DNA from: Octopus vulgaris
Taxonomy: Eukaryota
Reading direction: 5' to 3'
DNA: 64,000 nt
Assembly: GCA_951406725.2 (NCBI GenBank)
Contig: OX597818.1
Span: 123,070,001 to 123,134,000, forward strand
Every line of letters starts with the position of its first letter. Positions within the stretch are counted from its first letter, which is position 1. This document shows, piece after piece, positions 28,799-41,085 of this stretch. A model generated the notes under the pieces. It had not been told where the DNA came from and did no database searches. It was given only the letters and a program-made list of their open reading frames with translations. The translations under genes were made by a program, and so were the position numbers.

Positions 28799-29192
28799 CT
28801 AGCAGTATCGCCCGGCGTTGCTCGGATTTGTAAGGGAAATAACTATAAAGCATTTTTAGAGAGTTATAGCCAAAAAACAGCAAAAAATGCATTAAAAATG
28901 GAAAAAAAATTATGGTAAATTTTTTTTTTAATTGTTGACTCATCGTAGACATTTTTAGAGAGTTACTTCCCTTTATTTAAAAAATATGCTTTAAAATGGA
29001 AAATAATTATGGTAAAATATTTTTAAAATCGTACTCATCGTAGACGCGCGCTAATACCCAGAAGGGCTCGATATGAATCACGACTATAAGATACCCGGTT
29101 TTGGTTAAACTGCACCGCAAGATGTGGGAGTAGTTAGGAATCTAAATCGTAGGAGACAGACACTCACACAACTTCACTTTTATATATATAGA
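28799..29192 (-). mobile_element. Non-autonomous Helitron
   Basis: Minus strand reads 5'-TC...CCGAGCAACGCCGGG hairpin...CTAG-3', between A and T, no TSD. Matches 43990 and 52256. Confidence 0.85.
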
Positions 29193-29274
29193 TTATAAGT
29201 CTAGCTAGTTGAAAACCAACTAGTCATTTTGCATGCAGTTGTGTGTGTGTGTGTGTGTATATATACACATATAT

Positions 29275-29567
29275 ATCACCGTGATCACTGTGGCCGACCA
29301 GGCTATCAGATGTTGCTACACATCGCTGGTCACAATCTGCTTTGCATTGTTTTAGCCTTCAAGTGACGCCACCCCGCTGGCTAAGCGAGCAAGCCAACAG
29401 AAGAAAGAGTGAGAGAAAGTTGTGGCGAAAGAGTACAGGAGGGATCGCCACCAAACCCTGCCGAAGCCTCGTGGTGCTTTTAGGTGTTTTCACTCAATAA
29501 ACACTCACAACGCCCGGCCTGGGAATCGAAACCGCGATCCTACAACCACTGGGTCATTGCGCCTCCA
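29275..29567 (-). mobile_element. tRNA-derived SINE, head type 1 with tail B
   Basis: Same head and body as 28148; tail matches 286-370. Confidence 0.88.
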
Positions 29568-29873
29568 AATATATATATATATATATAATTTCAACAATTG
29601 AGGGTAAAATTAATTAGTTATTAATCAATTTCACCAAGTATTCAGTATGTAAAAGGACCATTTAAGGCGAATTCAAAATATTACATTATATAAAAGGGCT
29701 TAGTAAAATAAATTACTTTGCCACATACTGAACTCATTAGAAATAGCAGCCAAAAAAGTTTTTTTAGCTATTTCTAATACTTAAAGAAAATTTCTCTCAG
29801 ATAGTGTTAACTCAGAATAACCCACGAAGGTATGGGGGTAAAAAACATAAAAAAATCACAAGTGCAAAGATTA

Positions 29874-29936
29874 TTTGAGAACGTTACGTTTCTAGATCAG
29901 CCAAATAAAATTCGACATTTCTTTCGTCAGCCCAAA
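29874..29936 (-). ncRNA. Type I hammerhead ribozyme motif, unit 1
   Basis: Reverse complement of 31111-31173. Confidence 0.6.
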
Positions 29937-30438
29937 ATTTCTTAATTTGGATTTGGAAACACTGAAAGTAGGAACATACCCTTTTGGCGACTTAACACCT
30001 CAGATGACCCGTTCAAACTGACAGTGCCAACAAATTCAAAATATGCAAGCGAAGAATTCCTGCTCTCCCCTTCCACCCACGTGGGCTAAACTAGCAAACA
30101 CCATATTTTAGCGGTGAAAACCGAGGCAATAAACAGAGAGAAATGAATTATAATTTCAACAATTGAGGGTAAAATTAATTAGTTATTAATCAATTTCACC
30201 AAGTATTCAGTATGTAAAAGGACCATTTAAGGCGAATTCAAAATATTACATTATATAAAAGGGCTTAGTAAAATAAATTACTTTGCCACATACTGAACTC
30301 ATTAGAAATAGCAGCCAAAAAAGTTTTTTTAGCTATTTCTAATACTTAAAGAAAATTTCTCTCAGATAGTGTTAACTCAGAATAACCCACGAAGGTATGG
30401 GGGTAAAAAACATTAAAAAATCACAAGTGCAAAGATTA

Positions 30439-30501
30439 TTTGAGAACGTTACGTTTCTAGATCAGCCAAATAAAATTCGACATTTCTTTCGTCAGCCCAA
30501 A
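30439..30501 (-). ncRNA. Type I hammerhead ribozyme motif, unit 2
   Basis: Reverse complement of 31111-31173; exactly 565 bp from the unit 1 copy. Confidence 0.6.
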
Positions 30502-31110
30502 ATTTCTTAATTTGGATTTGGAAACACTGAAAGTAGGAACATACCCTTTTGGCGACTTAACACCTCAGATGACCCGTTTGGCTGATCTAGAAACGTAACG
30601 TTCTCAAATAATCTTTGCACTTGTGATTTTTTAATATTTTTTACCCCCATACCTTCGTGGGTTATTCTGAGTTAACACTATCTGAGAGAAATTTTCTTTA
30701 AGTATTAGAAATAGCTAAAAAAACCTTTTTGGCTGCTATTTCTAATGAGTTCAGTATGTGGCAAAGTAATTTATTTTACTAAGCCCTTTTATATAATGTA
30801 ATATTTTGAATTCGCCTTAAATGGTCCTTTTACATACTGAATACTTGGTGAAATTGATTAATAACTAATTAATTTTACCCTCAATTGTTGAAATTATAAT
30901 TCATTTCTCTCTGTTTATTGCCTCGGTTTTCACCGCTAAAATATGGTGTTTGCTAGTTTAGCCCACGTGGGTGGAAGGGGAGAGCAGGAATTCTTCGCTT
31001 GCATATTTTGAATTTGTTGGCACTGTCAGTTTGAACGGGTCATCTGAGGTGTTAAGTCGCCAAAAGGGTATGTTCCTACTTTCAGTGTTTCCAAATCCAA
31101 ATTAAGAAAT

Positions 31111-31173
31111 TTTGGGCTGACGAAAGAAATGTCGAATTTTATTTGGCTGATCTAGAAACGTAACGTTCTCAAA
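31111..31173 (+). ncRNA. Type I hammerhead ribozyme motif
   Basis: Stem I TTTGGG/CTCAAA; core CTGACGA (31117-31123); imperfect stem II (AGA..TCT, GTCGAA..TTTGGC, A-A at its base); GAAA (31155-31158); near-palindromic ACGTAACGT; GUU site ending at 31167. Confidence 0.6.
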
Positions 31174-31362
31174 TAATCTTTGCACTTGTGATTTTTTAAT
31201 GTTTTTACCCCCATACCTTCGTGGGTTATTCTGAGTTAACACTATCTGAGAGAAATTTTCTTTAAGTATTAGAAATAGCTAAAAAAACTTTTTGGGCTGC
31301 TATTTCTAATGAGTTCAGTATGTGGCAAAGTAATTTATTTTACTAAGCCCTTTTATATAATG

Positions 31363-31416
<54 letters not shown>

Positions 31417-32181
31417 AGAGAGTGAGAGACAGACAGATTTTATTGAGAGAGAAGAGAAGCTGAAGTGTGTGTGTATATATTGCATATACATACGTAAATG
31501 TTCATATGCATACAGCATTTGTTGTTCTCTACGAGTTCTGCATACATATTCTTGGTATCTCAGTGGGTGACTTTTAGTTCTTCAGAACTTATATATACAT
31601 TGCAACATAACTTCTTCATTGATTTATAGCCACCTGATTCTTGGTTATCGTATAACTTGATAAATATTTGCCCATTTCTTTGAATATATCTGGAACAAAA
31701 CTCTATCATATTCTTTCTTGTTATTTTCGTTCTTGGCTGAATGGCTTATTGTTCTCGAACGTTTCCTGCGACGTACCATACATACGTTTCATGAAAACTT
31801 TTCTTTCTCTATTTCTAAAGAAAAAGAAGACTTCAGTGAATTCACACTACGCTTGTAGTCCCTCAATGCAGAGGCAGGTAAGCAAAAACAAAATATTAAA
31901 AAAAAGTGAGGGAAATAAACCAATCATTTAGCACTTCAGATATACTTCATCGAAAGTTGAATTTGTCATGACTTGAGCGCAGAGCCTTGAAATTCGGAAT
32001 TAATACCGTAAATTATTCTATTTCAAGTTTTAACGACACTGCCGACACAATGGTTTACGATGTTATCAGCTCGTGTGAAATATTTTTATGTTATTAATGT
32101 TGTTATTCAACCCCACATCAACGGTGCTCGGTGTAAACATCATTGTGTGTGTGTATGTGCACGCACACACACATATATATA

Positions 32182-32400
32182 TTTCTTTCCTACCCACAAG
32201 GGGCTAAACACAGAGAGGACAAACATGGACAGACAAACGAATTAAGTCGATTACATCGACCGCAGTGCGTAACTGGTACTTATTTAATCGACCCCGAAAG
32301 GATGAAAGGCAAAGTCGACCTCGGCAGAATTTGAACTCAGAACGTAGCGGCAGACAAAATACTGCTAACTATTTCGCTCGACGTGCTAACGTTTCTGCCA
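32182..32400 (-). mobile_element. SINE family C
   Basis: CGACCCCGAAAGGATGAAAGGCAAAGTCGACCTCGGCAGAATTTGAACTCAG body; matches 38811 and 53513. Confidence 0.88.
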
Positions 32401-32914
32401 TATATATATATCGACGTGATATCTATTGCCATATTAATATGGCTGTTCGATCTTGCTACCGTTTTGACCCCAGACAGATCCTCTGTCAGCTGGTTACCAA
32501 TGCAATCTGCACTCTGTATATATTGTAAGCGGGGGAGCGAACCCCAAATATCTAGCGGCAGAGTACGGAATTAAGAGACGGGGTCACAGTATAACACGAC
32601 CGGGCATACAACAAATGATTTGAGGTAGAATTAAGAAATATAAAAATCATTTTTATCAATCAATATAGAAAGTAATACCGGTTTGGTCATCGCTGTTTTG
32701 AATCAATATAGATTTCCAAACGGTATTGGGTCTAATAGTACCTGGGTGAAAAGATTGGACGCAATGGAGGTAGGTAGTTCTGAAAGTGATGCAATTCAGG
32801 TAGATATGATTAATATAATATGAATGGTATATTATGGCATGTATGAGGATTACTTTTATACCTAATGTGCATTTTCTGTTTCTTTTTTTCCTTTTCCCCT
32901 ATATATATACATAC

Positions 32915-32988
<74 letters not shown>

Positions 32989-33030
32989 AGAGACACACAC
33001 ACGCATATTATATATATATATATATATATA

Positions 33031-33420
33031 TAATACAAAATGGGATAAGAACGCAAAATATCCGGACAGTTAGGTGTTACAAAAATGGGACAACAAAACG
33101 TCCTGATAGACGTTACAAAGAAAACGAGGACAGGTCATTCGAGGGTTTCTTTCCTCAGTCATGTACCAGATTATCTTCGCAATTTCGGCTGATTATACTT
33201 GACATTGCTCCAATCTGGCCAGACTCAAGGAAAAACTAAGCTACGAGCATTAGATTCCCTGGAAGAAAGCAGTGAATGTATAAAAAAACATGGACAGAAA
33301 AAAACGGACGATGTTACACAATACAATAAAAATAATAACAGGACATAACAACAGGTGTCTTTCGACTAAGGACGAATTAAATTAAGCTGGCGTGTGTGGA
33401 AATAAAGTCTTACGGCAGAG
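33031..33420. repeat. Unclassified repeat abutting (TA)n, copy 1
   Basis: Aligns with 42153-42590; both begin AATACAAAATGGGA right after a TA run. Confidence 0.85.
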
Positions 33421-33728
33421 ATATAAGAGCTCACAAACACAGGGAGGAATATCAATGTTGCACGGACAACGGCCAGACTAAGAAAGGAAGAACAGGCTTA
33501 GCCGAACGCCGGTCACGTGGGAAGAGGTGAGAGAGAAGTAGAAGCAGAGGGACAGAAGAATTGAGGAGGGGACGAGAAATAAAATGACAGGGACACAGTG
33601 AAGTGAAAAGTGGAGGGAAAGTGAGCAAGAATGCATGTATGTATATACATACACACCAACAGATATATATGCATATATGTATGCATTCTTTTATGTATGT
33701 ATGTAATGTATGTTTGTGTGTGAGCATG

Positions 33729-33762
<34 letters not shown>

Positions 33763-34282
33763 TGTATGTATGTGAATATGTTTGTGTGTAGAGCGTATAT
33801 AAAGCAATATTATTTATGGTGCCGAGACTTGAACTATAAAAGAAGGATTTACAAGATTACCATGATGGTAATCTTGTTATGAAAACTCATAATATCTCAT
33901 TCTCATTCCCTGAACGCAAAAGCGAACATGATATTCATGCATACACGCTATCATCATCTGTTATTGTTGATCTGTTCAGAGTAAGTTTACTAGTCACATT
34001 TGTCCTGTTGAACCACATGTCACCTCAGCTACTATATTTTGGAGAGTTCTGCACCATAATACATATCAAAGAATTCTCGACTACAGCAATGCTATTGGCA
34101 GATTCAAATAAAGTGTCATTAAGAGCCACCAAAGCTAATAGGGTATAGAGATTCCTGGGGCAGCGTAAGAAAACATATTTGTTGTAGCGCTTGAATATAT
34201 ACATGCATACATACGTGTATGTGTGCGTTTGTGTGCGTGTTAATATTTAACAGAAGCAATAGAGTGACCGAGTTTCGTATGT

Positions 34283-34330
<48 letters not shown>

Positions 34331-34596
34331 AATAATGAGGGAGATAAATTAATATTAATTTTAATTTCAATTTAAAACCAGTAGTCTAGCATACAAAAAA
34401 TCTGAAGAAATCAGAGAAAGTTCTAATATATGTGTATACTGGCAGGGCAAGACTGCTAGGTAGTCGGCCGTATGCTAGAAATAGATCATCAACGATCAAA
34501 CTACAAAGAAAGTTCTCTAGAGGAAAAATTCAGCGAACACCAGAACCAAATTTGGCGGGCAGGACAGATATAAATTTTCATCTGTTCATACACATT

Positions 34597-34642
<46 letters not shown>

Positions 34643-35059
34643 TTATATATATATATATGTGTGTGTAGGTGTGTGTGTGTGCGAGCAAACACACACATCC
34701 TGATATCAAACAGTGAGATGAGTGTTCAATATAGCATAGGTTGATTCCCTTCTTTACGTTAGGAAAATATTTCTGAGTATAGAGTGTACTTCCCTAATAT
34801 TAAAACATATTTGTCGTGGATTTCGAGAATTTATGAAATTATTTATATGTAATATATCAGGTAATTTCAGTTACAACAAGTAACCTTTGTTAGATGTTAC
34901 TCCACGTTTCAAATAACATGCACAGGTAATGATTACATTTAATACTTTAGAAATGAACAGGAAGAGAATTGGAGAGAGAATGAGAAAGAGAGAGAGGGGG
35001 CAGAGGGAGAGATACAGAGAGAGAAAGTACAGAGAGAGAAAGGTACAGAGAGAGAAAGG

Positions 35060-35098
<39 letters not shown>

Positions 35099-35825
35099 TC
35101 AGACGTTGAACATTTGTCCAATGCGCAGAGGCACAGCAATGCAACTGAATATCTCTAGGAAATGTATCCAGATACAAAACACAGAACTTTGCAAAGATAT
35201 AATTTAATAAATATGACAGCAATTTCGGTTCTTACCGTTATGTCGATTTCTTCAATATGAAAATATACTGTGCTTAGTTATAATATTAAGACAAAATCGT
35301 GATCCTTTTATCATGTTGTGCAGGTCTTGTTTCTCCTTTTTTATTCTTAGCTGCCTTATATTACGAGTAATTGAAATACTGGTGAACATGCATTTTGAAT
35401 ATCTCTTATGTTAATCTGTCAGATTTGTTTTTACTTATCTTATTACAAAGCTACAGACATGTATGTTAGTATAGAAAGTTATCAGAATCTCTCACTCACA
35501 GTCATTTTCTGTATTATTTTCAATCTATGCAATGATAAAAATAAGTTTGTTCAAACCTGGGAACTCTATGCTGGAGGATGGATATTTTTACGACCTGAAA
35601 TGGAAAGTATCTTGATACAATTTCTTGGCTGGATACAATCAGCAACAGCAAACTGAGAGGCATCAATACCAACTATAATATTAACGCCAGAAATTCCGGA
35701 ACTTACAAAAGTCTGCAGTAAAAGTTTCATAATGAATAAGAACGAGGAAGTGTTCTAATCGTTGGATACTAGTACACCATGCTGACGTTCAACAGCAAGT
35801 TTTTCGCACTTACTTCTTAAAATGA

Positions 35826-36212
35826 TATAGGAGCACTCCGTCGGTTGTGACGATGAGGGTCCCAGCTGATACGATCAACGGAACAGCTTGCTCGTGATAT
35901 TAACGTGGAAGTGGCTGAGCATTCCACAGACACGTGTACCCTTAACGTAGTTCTCGAGGAGATTCAGCGTGACACAGAGTGTGACAAGGCTGGCCCTTTG
36001 AAATACAGGTACAAGAGAAACAGGAAGAAAGAGCGAGAGAAAGTTGTGGTGAAAGAGTACAGCAGGGATCACCACCATCCCCTGTCGGAGCGTCGTGGAG
36101 CTTTTAGGTGTTTTCGCTCAGTAAACACTTACAATGCCCGGTCTGGGAATCGAAACCGCGATCCTCCGACCGCGAGTCCGCTGCCCTAACCACTGGGCCA
36201 TTGCGCCTCCAC
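35826..36212 (-). mobile_element. tRNA-derived SINE, head type 1 with tail A
   Basis: Full length. 11-bp TSD TCTTAAAATGA at 35815-35825 and 36213-36223. Confidence 0.93.
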
Positions 36213-37999
36213 TCTTAAAATGAACTACGGAAGGCGAAAGCGAAATGTCATACGGAATACACTTGACTCGTTCTGGTCCACACGTTTCTTCTGAATACGT
36301 AGGAAGCAATCGAAAAAAAGAAAGAAACATCCATGCTGTTCTTTTCTCGTCTGAACCAAAGAGACATCTAGCAGAAATGGGATTTCTCCTCCAGTCCGTT
36401 GAGTATTCTTGAATATAAGGAGAATGTTAAACCTACAAAACTGCATTCATCTAGGACTTCACCAGACTAATACTTCCAGTATTAACTGTTGGATAAATAT
36501 AATGAGTTTATCTCATCCATTTTTCATACTTCCGCTGCCTTGAAACCCGGGGTCCGTTCAATCCAAGCGTGATGAAGTTTCGACGAAAACCATTTCTGCA
36601 CGTGTTGGCTCATTCACTGATGCACCAATAGCACGCTGTGCATCTTTCCATAATTTTCCAATGGAAGTACCTTGGTATAGAGAACAATTACAAAAAAGGC
36701 GCAGAAAAATGGAATATTGTTGGAATAGTTTTCATCCATCAGGTGATCTCAACTTTTACATTTAGTTATGCATTTTACCAAAATCTGCAACGGTTTTCAG
36801 AATTAGCGCTTTGTTTTCCTACTATTCCAACTCCAGCACGTGTGTTTTATGTTGCAGTTGTCTGTTGACTTTTCTGAATTGAGCATAACTTGATCAAATT
36901 CTGGGAGAGCTTGGCTGCTCAAACATTAAAGCCATTTCTATGTTTCTCGTTTGCTTGCTAAACTCAGTTTTAGCTGAGTCATTCACTCTTCTGCAAAGCT
37001 AAAGTAATTTCCTTATATACACCCTGGCTTTTGTAAGACTTCCTACGATCCTAGAGTATTATCAGTAACTCTTTGTTGAATGGTCTTTATATTCGTATCT
37101 GCAAACATTTCTGTTCTTCTGCCATTCTAATAGACTTATGGGGCCTGGCCTTTCTGTTTAGAGATAACCGATGGTTCTCGTTTACCTAAACATTTGGCTT
37201 TTTGTGCACACTTCATCTCCCATGTACTATCTACGTCACCCCAGCTTCTTCTGCTAGTTATGATGTAATCTAGGAGATCTCAATACGGTGTTGCTGATAA
37301 TATGGCTGAACTTGGAGTACAAAATTAGAAGTTTCAACTACATTTCTGCACTTCTTGTGTTGTGATCACTAAAATCCCCAATTATTTTTAGCTTGTCTCT
37401 CCGAGTCACTGTGCATACGGTCATTCTTAGAGTAATATAAAGCTTTCATTTCGCTTCAGCAAAGCACATCATTGACGATGCGTAAACACTGATCAAGTTG
37501 CATATGATCCCTTCGTAATAAGAAATCTTAATCGCAATATAGACCAGTAATAGCATTTAGTTCATGTATTAATTTCTTAATAATATAATTCTACGTCTTA
37601 TGATACACCTAATCACAAACTCTACTACGCGTAGTTTTCTTACTCCAAAATCATTGTATCGCACACCGAGATGATATCATATTCTTGCAGGTTGAATTCA
37701 CAGAGATGTTATATTGATGTTCATTCTTTCAAAACACAATGCTGCTATTACATCTTTCCTCACAGGTCAATCGACCTCACATCTTTCAAGCTACGTTGTG
37801 ACAGTCCATTGACGAAAGAAGGCCCTCTATTTCTAGCAGTATAGTGACTTCTTTTATGCTATACAGAGTAGAGGAAAGTCAGTAAGTTACTTCGAATCCT
37901 AGAAAGCGAAAGATACATCAGAAGTTTGGGCTATCGATATCTATTTAACGGGAAAGCTTACACAATATATAAATGATCAAAATTTTTGCAATTATCTGC

Positions 38000-38408
38000 A
38001 GACGCAGGAGTGGCTGTGTGGTAAGTAGCTTGTTTACCAACCACATGATTCCGGGTTCAGTCCCACTGCGTGGCACCTTCGGCAAGTGTCTTCTACTATA
38101 GCCCCGGGCCGACCAAAGCCTTGTGAGTGGATTTGGTAGACGGAAACTGAAAGAAGCCCGTCGTATATATGTATATATATGTATGCGTGTGTGTATTTGT
38201 GTGTCTGTGTTTGTCCCCCTAGCTTTGCTTGACAACCGATGCTGGTGTGTTTATGTCCCCGTTACTTAGCGGTTCGGCAAAAGAGACCGATAGAATAAGT
38301 ACTGGGCTTACAAAAGAATAAGTCCGGAGTCGAGTTGCTCGATTAAAAAGGCGGTGCTCCAGCATGGCCGCAGTCAGATGACTGAAACAAGTAAAAGAGT
38401 GAAGAGTA
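38000..38408 (+). mobile_element. SINE family D, full length
   Basis: GGAGTGGCTGTGTGGTAAG A-box-like, GGTTCAGTCCC B-box-like, CORE-like CCTTCGGCAAGTGTCTT, and AGTAAAAG tail. Confidence 0.92.
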
Positions 38409-38544
38409 ATCCAGTGGTGAGCTGCGGGTTACTCAGTTGGAAAGGCTACACTCAGATACTATCTTTATATATGCAGTGCAGCTGGTATTATGACGTGCCC
38501 AAAGAAGGGCATCACAGTGACACCTATGCATATAATTATGTCTT

Positions 38545-39160
38545 TTATCTTTTACTCATTTCCAATTCAAGCGAACAAATCAATCCCGGTATTTGCTTTT
38601 AAGCCTGTTATCTATTCTGTCGGTCTCTTTGCCTAACTACTGGATTTTCAAGAACGTAAACAAATCGGCACCAGTTGCCGGTGGTGGTGGGGATCACAAA
38701 CGCTATCACAATGACACACACATTCATATATGCATATGAGATGAGCTGCCAAACAATTTTTCACTCACAAATTCATTCACGTCGCATTGGTCGGCTCAGG
38801 CTTATACTTATTTCTTTACTAACCACGAGGGGCTAAACACAGAGGGAACAAACAAGGACAGACAAACGGATTAAGTCGATTACTTCGACCCCAGTGCGTA
38901 ACTGGTACTTAATTTATCGACCCCGAAAGGATGAAAGGCAAAGTCGACCTCGGCAGAATTTGAACTCAGACCGTAACAGCAGACGAAATACTGTTAAGCA
39001 TTTCGCCCGGCGTGCTAACGACTCTGCCAGCTCGTCGCCTACTGTGTATTGCAGTATAAGCTCAGGATTATACTGTAAGACACAGACCCAAGGTGCCGCA
39101 CTGTAGGAATGAACCCAGAACCATGTAGTTGCAAAGAAAACTTCTAAATCATACAGCGAT
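38545..39160 (-). mobile_element. Old SINE family D interrupted by a family C SINE
   Basis: Family D body continues on both sides of 38811-39040. Confidence 0.7.
38811..39040 (-). mobile_element. SINE family C, full length, nested
   Basis: 15-bp TSD GCTCAGG(C/A)TTATACT at 38794-38808 and 39060-39074. Confidence 0.9.
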
Positions 39161-39847
39161 GTATGTGCTTTTAATTATGAGAGCGCCTAAGATTTTGCAC
39201 ATTGATTCTTACATGAGATTTCATACAAGTGGTAAAGTCATTATTTTAATCTATTTTATCATCGTATTAGTATTATCGTCATCGTCGTACCGCAGTGTAA
39301 ACTTTAAAACTTGTAATGAGATACAAACTATACAGGCTAATTAGTGGAAATGGTCGCTATACGAAATTGTTTCAGGTTTAATTGAGTTAACCAAGTCATA
39401 AGACAAAATATACAGACGCAAATTTATGTCTCCCAATATAAGATTTATATAGTGTATAATAGAATTATGAGACTATTGAAATTAAGAACTGAGAAACAAA
39501 ACTTTTAGTAAAACGGTACAGATATATATATTTGTATACAGTCGAAAGAAATGGATATGTGCTGAGGAATTCACTGCATGGTACGTTTTGGTATTGTTAC
39601 CTATAGCTCAATGCCTTCTGAATGGTGCAAACTGCATTCAAGATAGTCCGATACACGCATACATTACACGCATACATACATCCATTACGCGCATACATAC
39701 ACACATACATACATTCATACATACATACATTCATACATACATGCATGCATACATACATACATGCATTCATATATACATGCATGCATACATACATACATAC
39801 ATACATACATACATACATACATACATACATACATACATACATACATA

Positions 39848-40133
39848 CAGGTATTTAAAGGGAAAAATTTGACAAGACAGTCAGTCACCGGCTGACACTC
39901 GCTGACAATACATCGAAGAGACCAGGGAACAGAAGAAAGAAGAAGAAAGAAGACATGCACCCAACACCAGAAGCTGAAGACACCTCCGAAAGGGGGGCGG
40001 GGCGCCACGTCAAAACGGTAGAGGAGTAGGGGCCGAAACCGGACGTGGTTCCTCCTGATGATATATTGAGCTAACTGGATCCTATAAAGGAGCTGTTGTG
40101 GTAGCAGACCACGAAACACGGTTGAAATTCCCC
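39848..40133. repeat. Unclassified GC-rich interspersed repeat, copy 2, within (CATA)n
   Basis: Aligns with 18220-18495. Confidence 0.85.
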
Positions 40134-40171
40134 ATACATGCATATATACATACATATTTATATAAATTTCT

Positions 40172-40300
40172 ATGAGGTGCAATCTGTGCCTGACTGAAAA
40201 GTTTTTCATCTTGTTTCAGGATAAATATGCTCTAAACCAAAGACACACCACAAGGTATAAAATGTCGAGTGAAAAAATACTGTACGGGTAACATTGACTT
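40172..40300 (+). pseudogene. Fragment of a second PLE lineage's GIY-YIG C-terminus
   Basis: Reads MRCNLCLTEKFFILFQDKYALNQR and, after a frameshift, IKCRVKKY. Resembles the C.LC..EK..I...LN.R...KCRH motif of PLE endonucleases. Confidence 0.6.
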
Positions 40301-40500
40301 TTGCATCTGAATTTAACTTTTTCTCTTAAAAACCGGTACCATTATGGTATAAAATTCATTTTACATTTTCGCCTTTCAAGAGAACCTTAGGCTGGATGCA
40401 AACTACACATTACTATTTTTAGTTATTTTTAATTTTACTTTTTTTATTTTCATTATTTTATTGTAACTATTATTTCTAAATGCACCTTTTAAAAACATGA

Positions 40501-40915
40501 TTACTCTTTTACTCTTTTACTTGCTTCAGTCATTTGACTGAGGCCATGCTGGAGCACCGCCTTTAATCGAGCAACTCGACCCCGGGACTTATTCTTTTGT
40601 AAGCCCAGTACTTATTCTATCGGTCTCTTCTGCCGAACCGCTAAGTGACGGGGACATAAACACACCAGTATCGGTTGTCAAGCAATGCTAGGGGGACAAA
40701 CACAGACACACACGCATATATATATACATATATATATACATATATATATACATATATACGACGGGCTTCTTTCAGTTTCCGTCTAACAAATCCACTCACA
40801 AGGCTTTGGTCGGCCCGGGGCTATAGTAGAAGACAGGTGCCCAAGATGCCACGCAGTGGAACTGAACCCGGTACCATGTGGTTGGTAAATAAGCTACTTA
40901 CCACACAGCCACTCC
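40501..40915 (-). mobile_element. SINE family D
   Basis: Near full length; reverse complement of the 38000 type. Confidence 0.92.
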
Positions 40916-41085
40916 CTTTTTTTTTTTTTTTACATTGCAATTTAGTTCATACAATATCTTTTTAATACAATATTTTTAATACACATCTATAAAAGTGCAT
41001 TTACAATCGCCCAAATGTGTTTTAAATATATCGAATACCCGAATGAATATTTTTTAGTCATTTGTTTTATTTTCTTTATTATAAT

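Larger units (their letters stand above)
29584..31368. mobile_element. Tandem + inverted array of a 565-bp hammerhead-bearing unit (retrozyme / non-autonomous PLE-like)
   Basis: Unit 29584-30148 repeats from 30149 to 30578, then 30577-31368 is ~1.4 units in reverse. Copies are nearly identical, (TA)n lies on both sides, and there is no ORF. Confidence 0.85.

Noticed and set aside
29584-31368. CRISPR array or simple satellite
   Set aside because: No repeat-spacer structure, eukaryotic context, and only ~3 units with an inversion.
32660-32810. ACCGGTTT motif resembling a minus-strand hammerhead 3' half
   Set aside because: GAAA is altered and no matching core or stems were found.
34403-34430. 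CTGAAGA...GAAA motif as a hammerhead (also isolated CTGANGA at ~11618, 23207, 39562)
   Set aside because: Stems I-III cannot be formed.
36400-37450. Possible decayed Tigger/pogo transposase on the minus strand
   Set aside because: Only faint motif resemblance across many frameshifts; no TIRs or catalytic motif that I could confirm.
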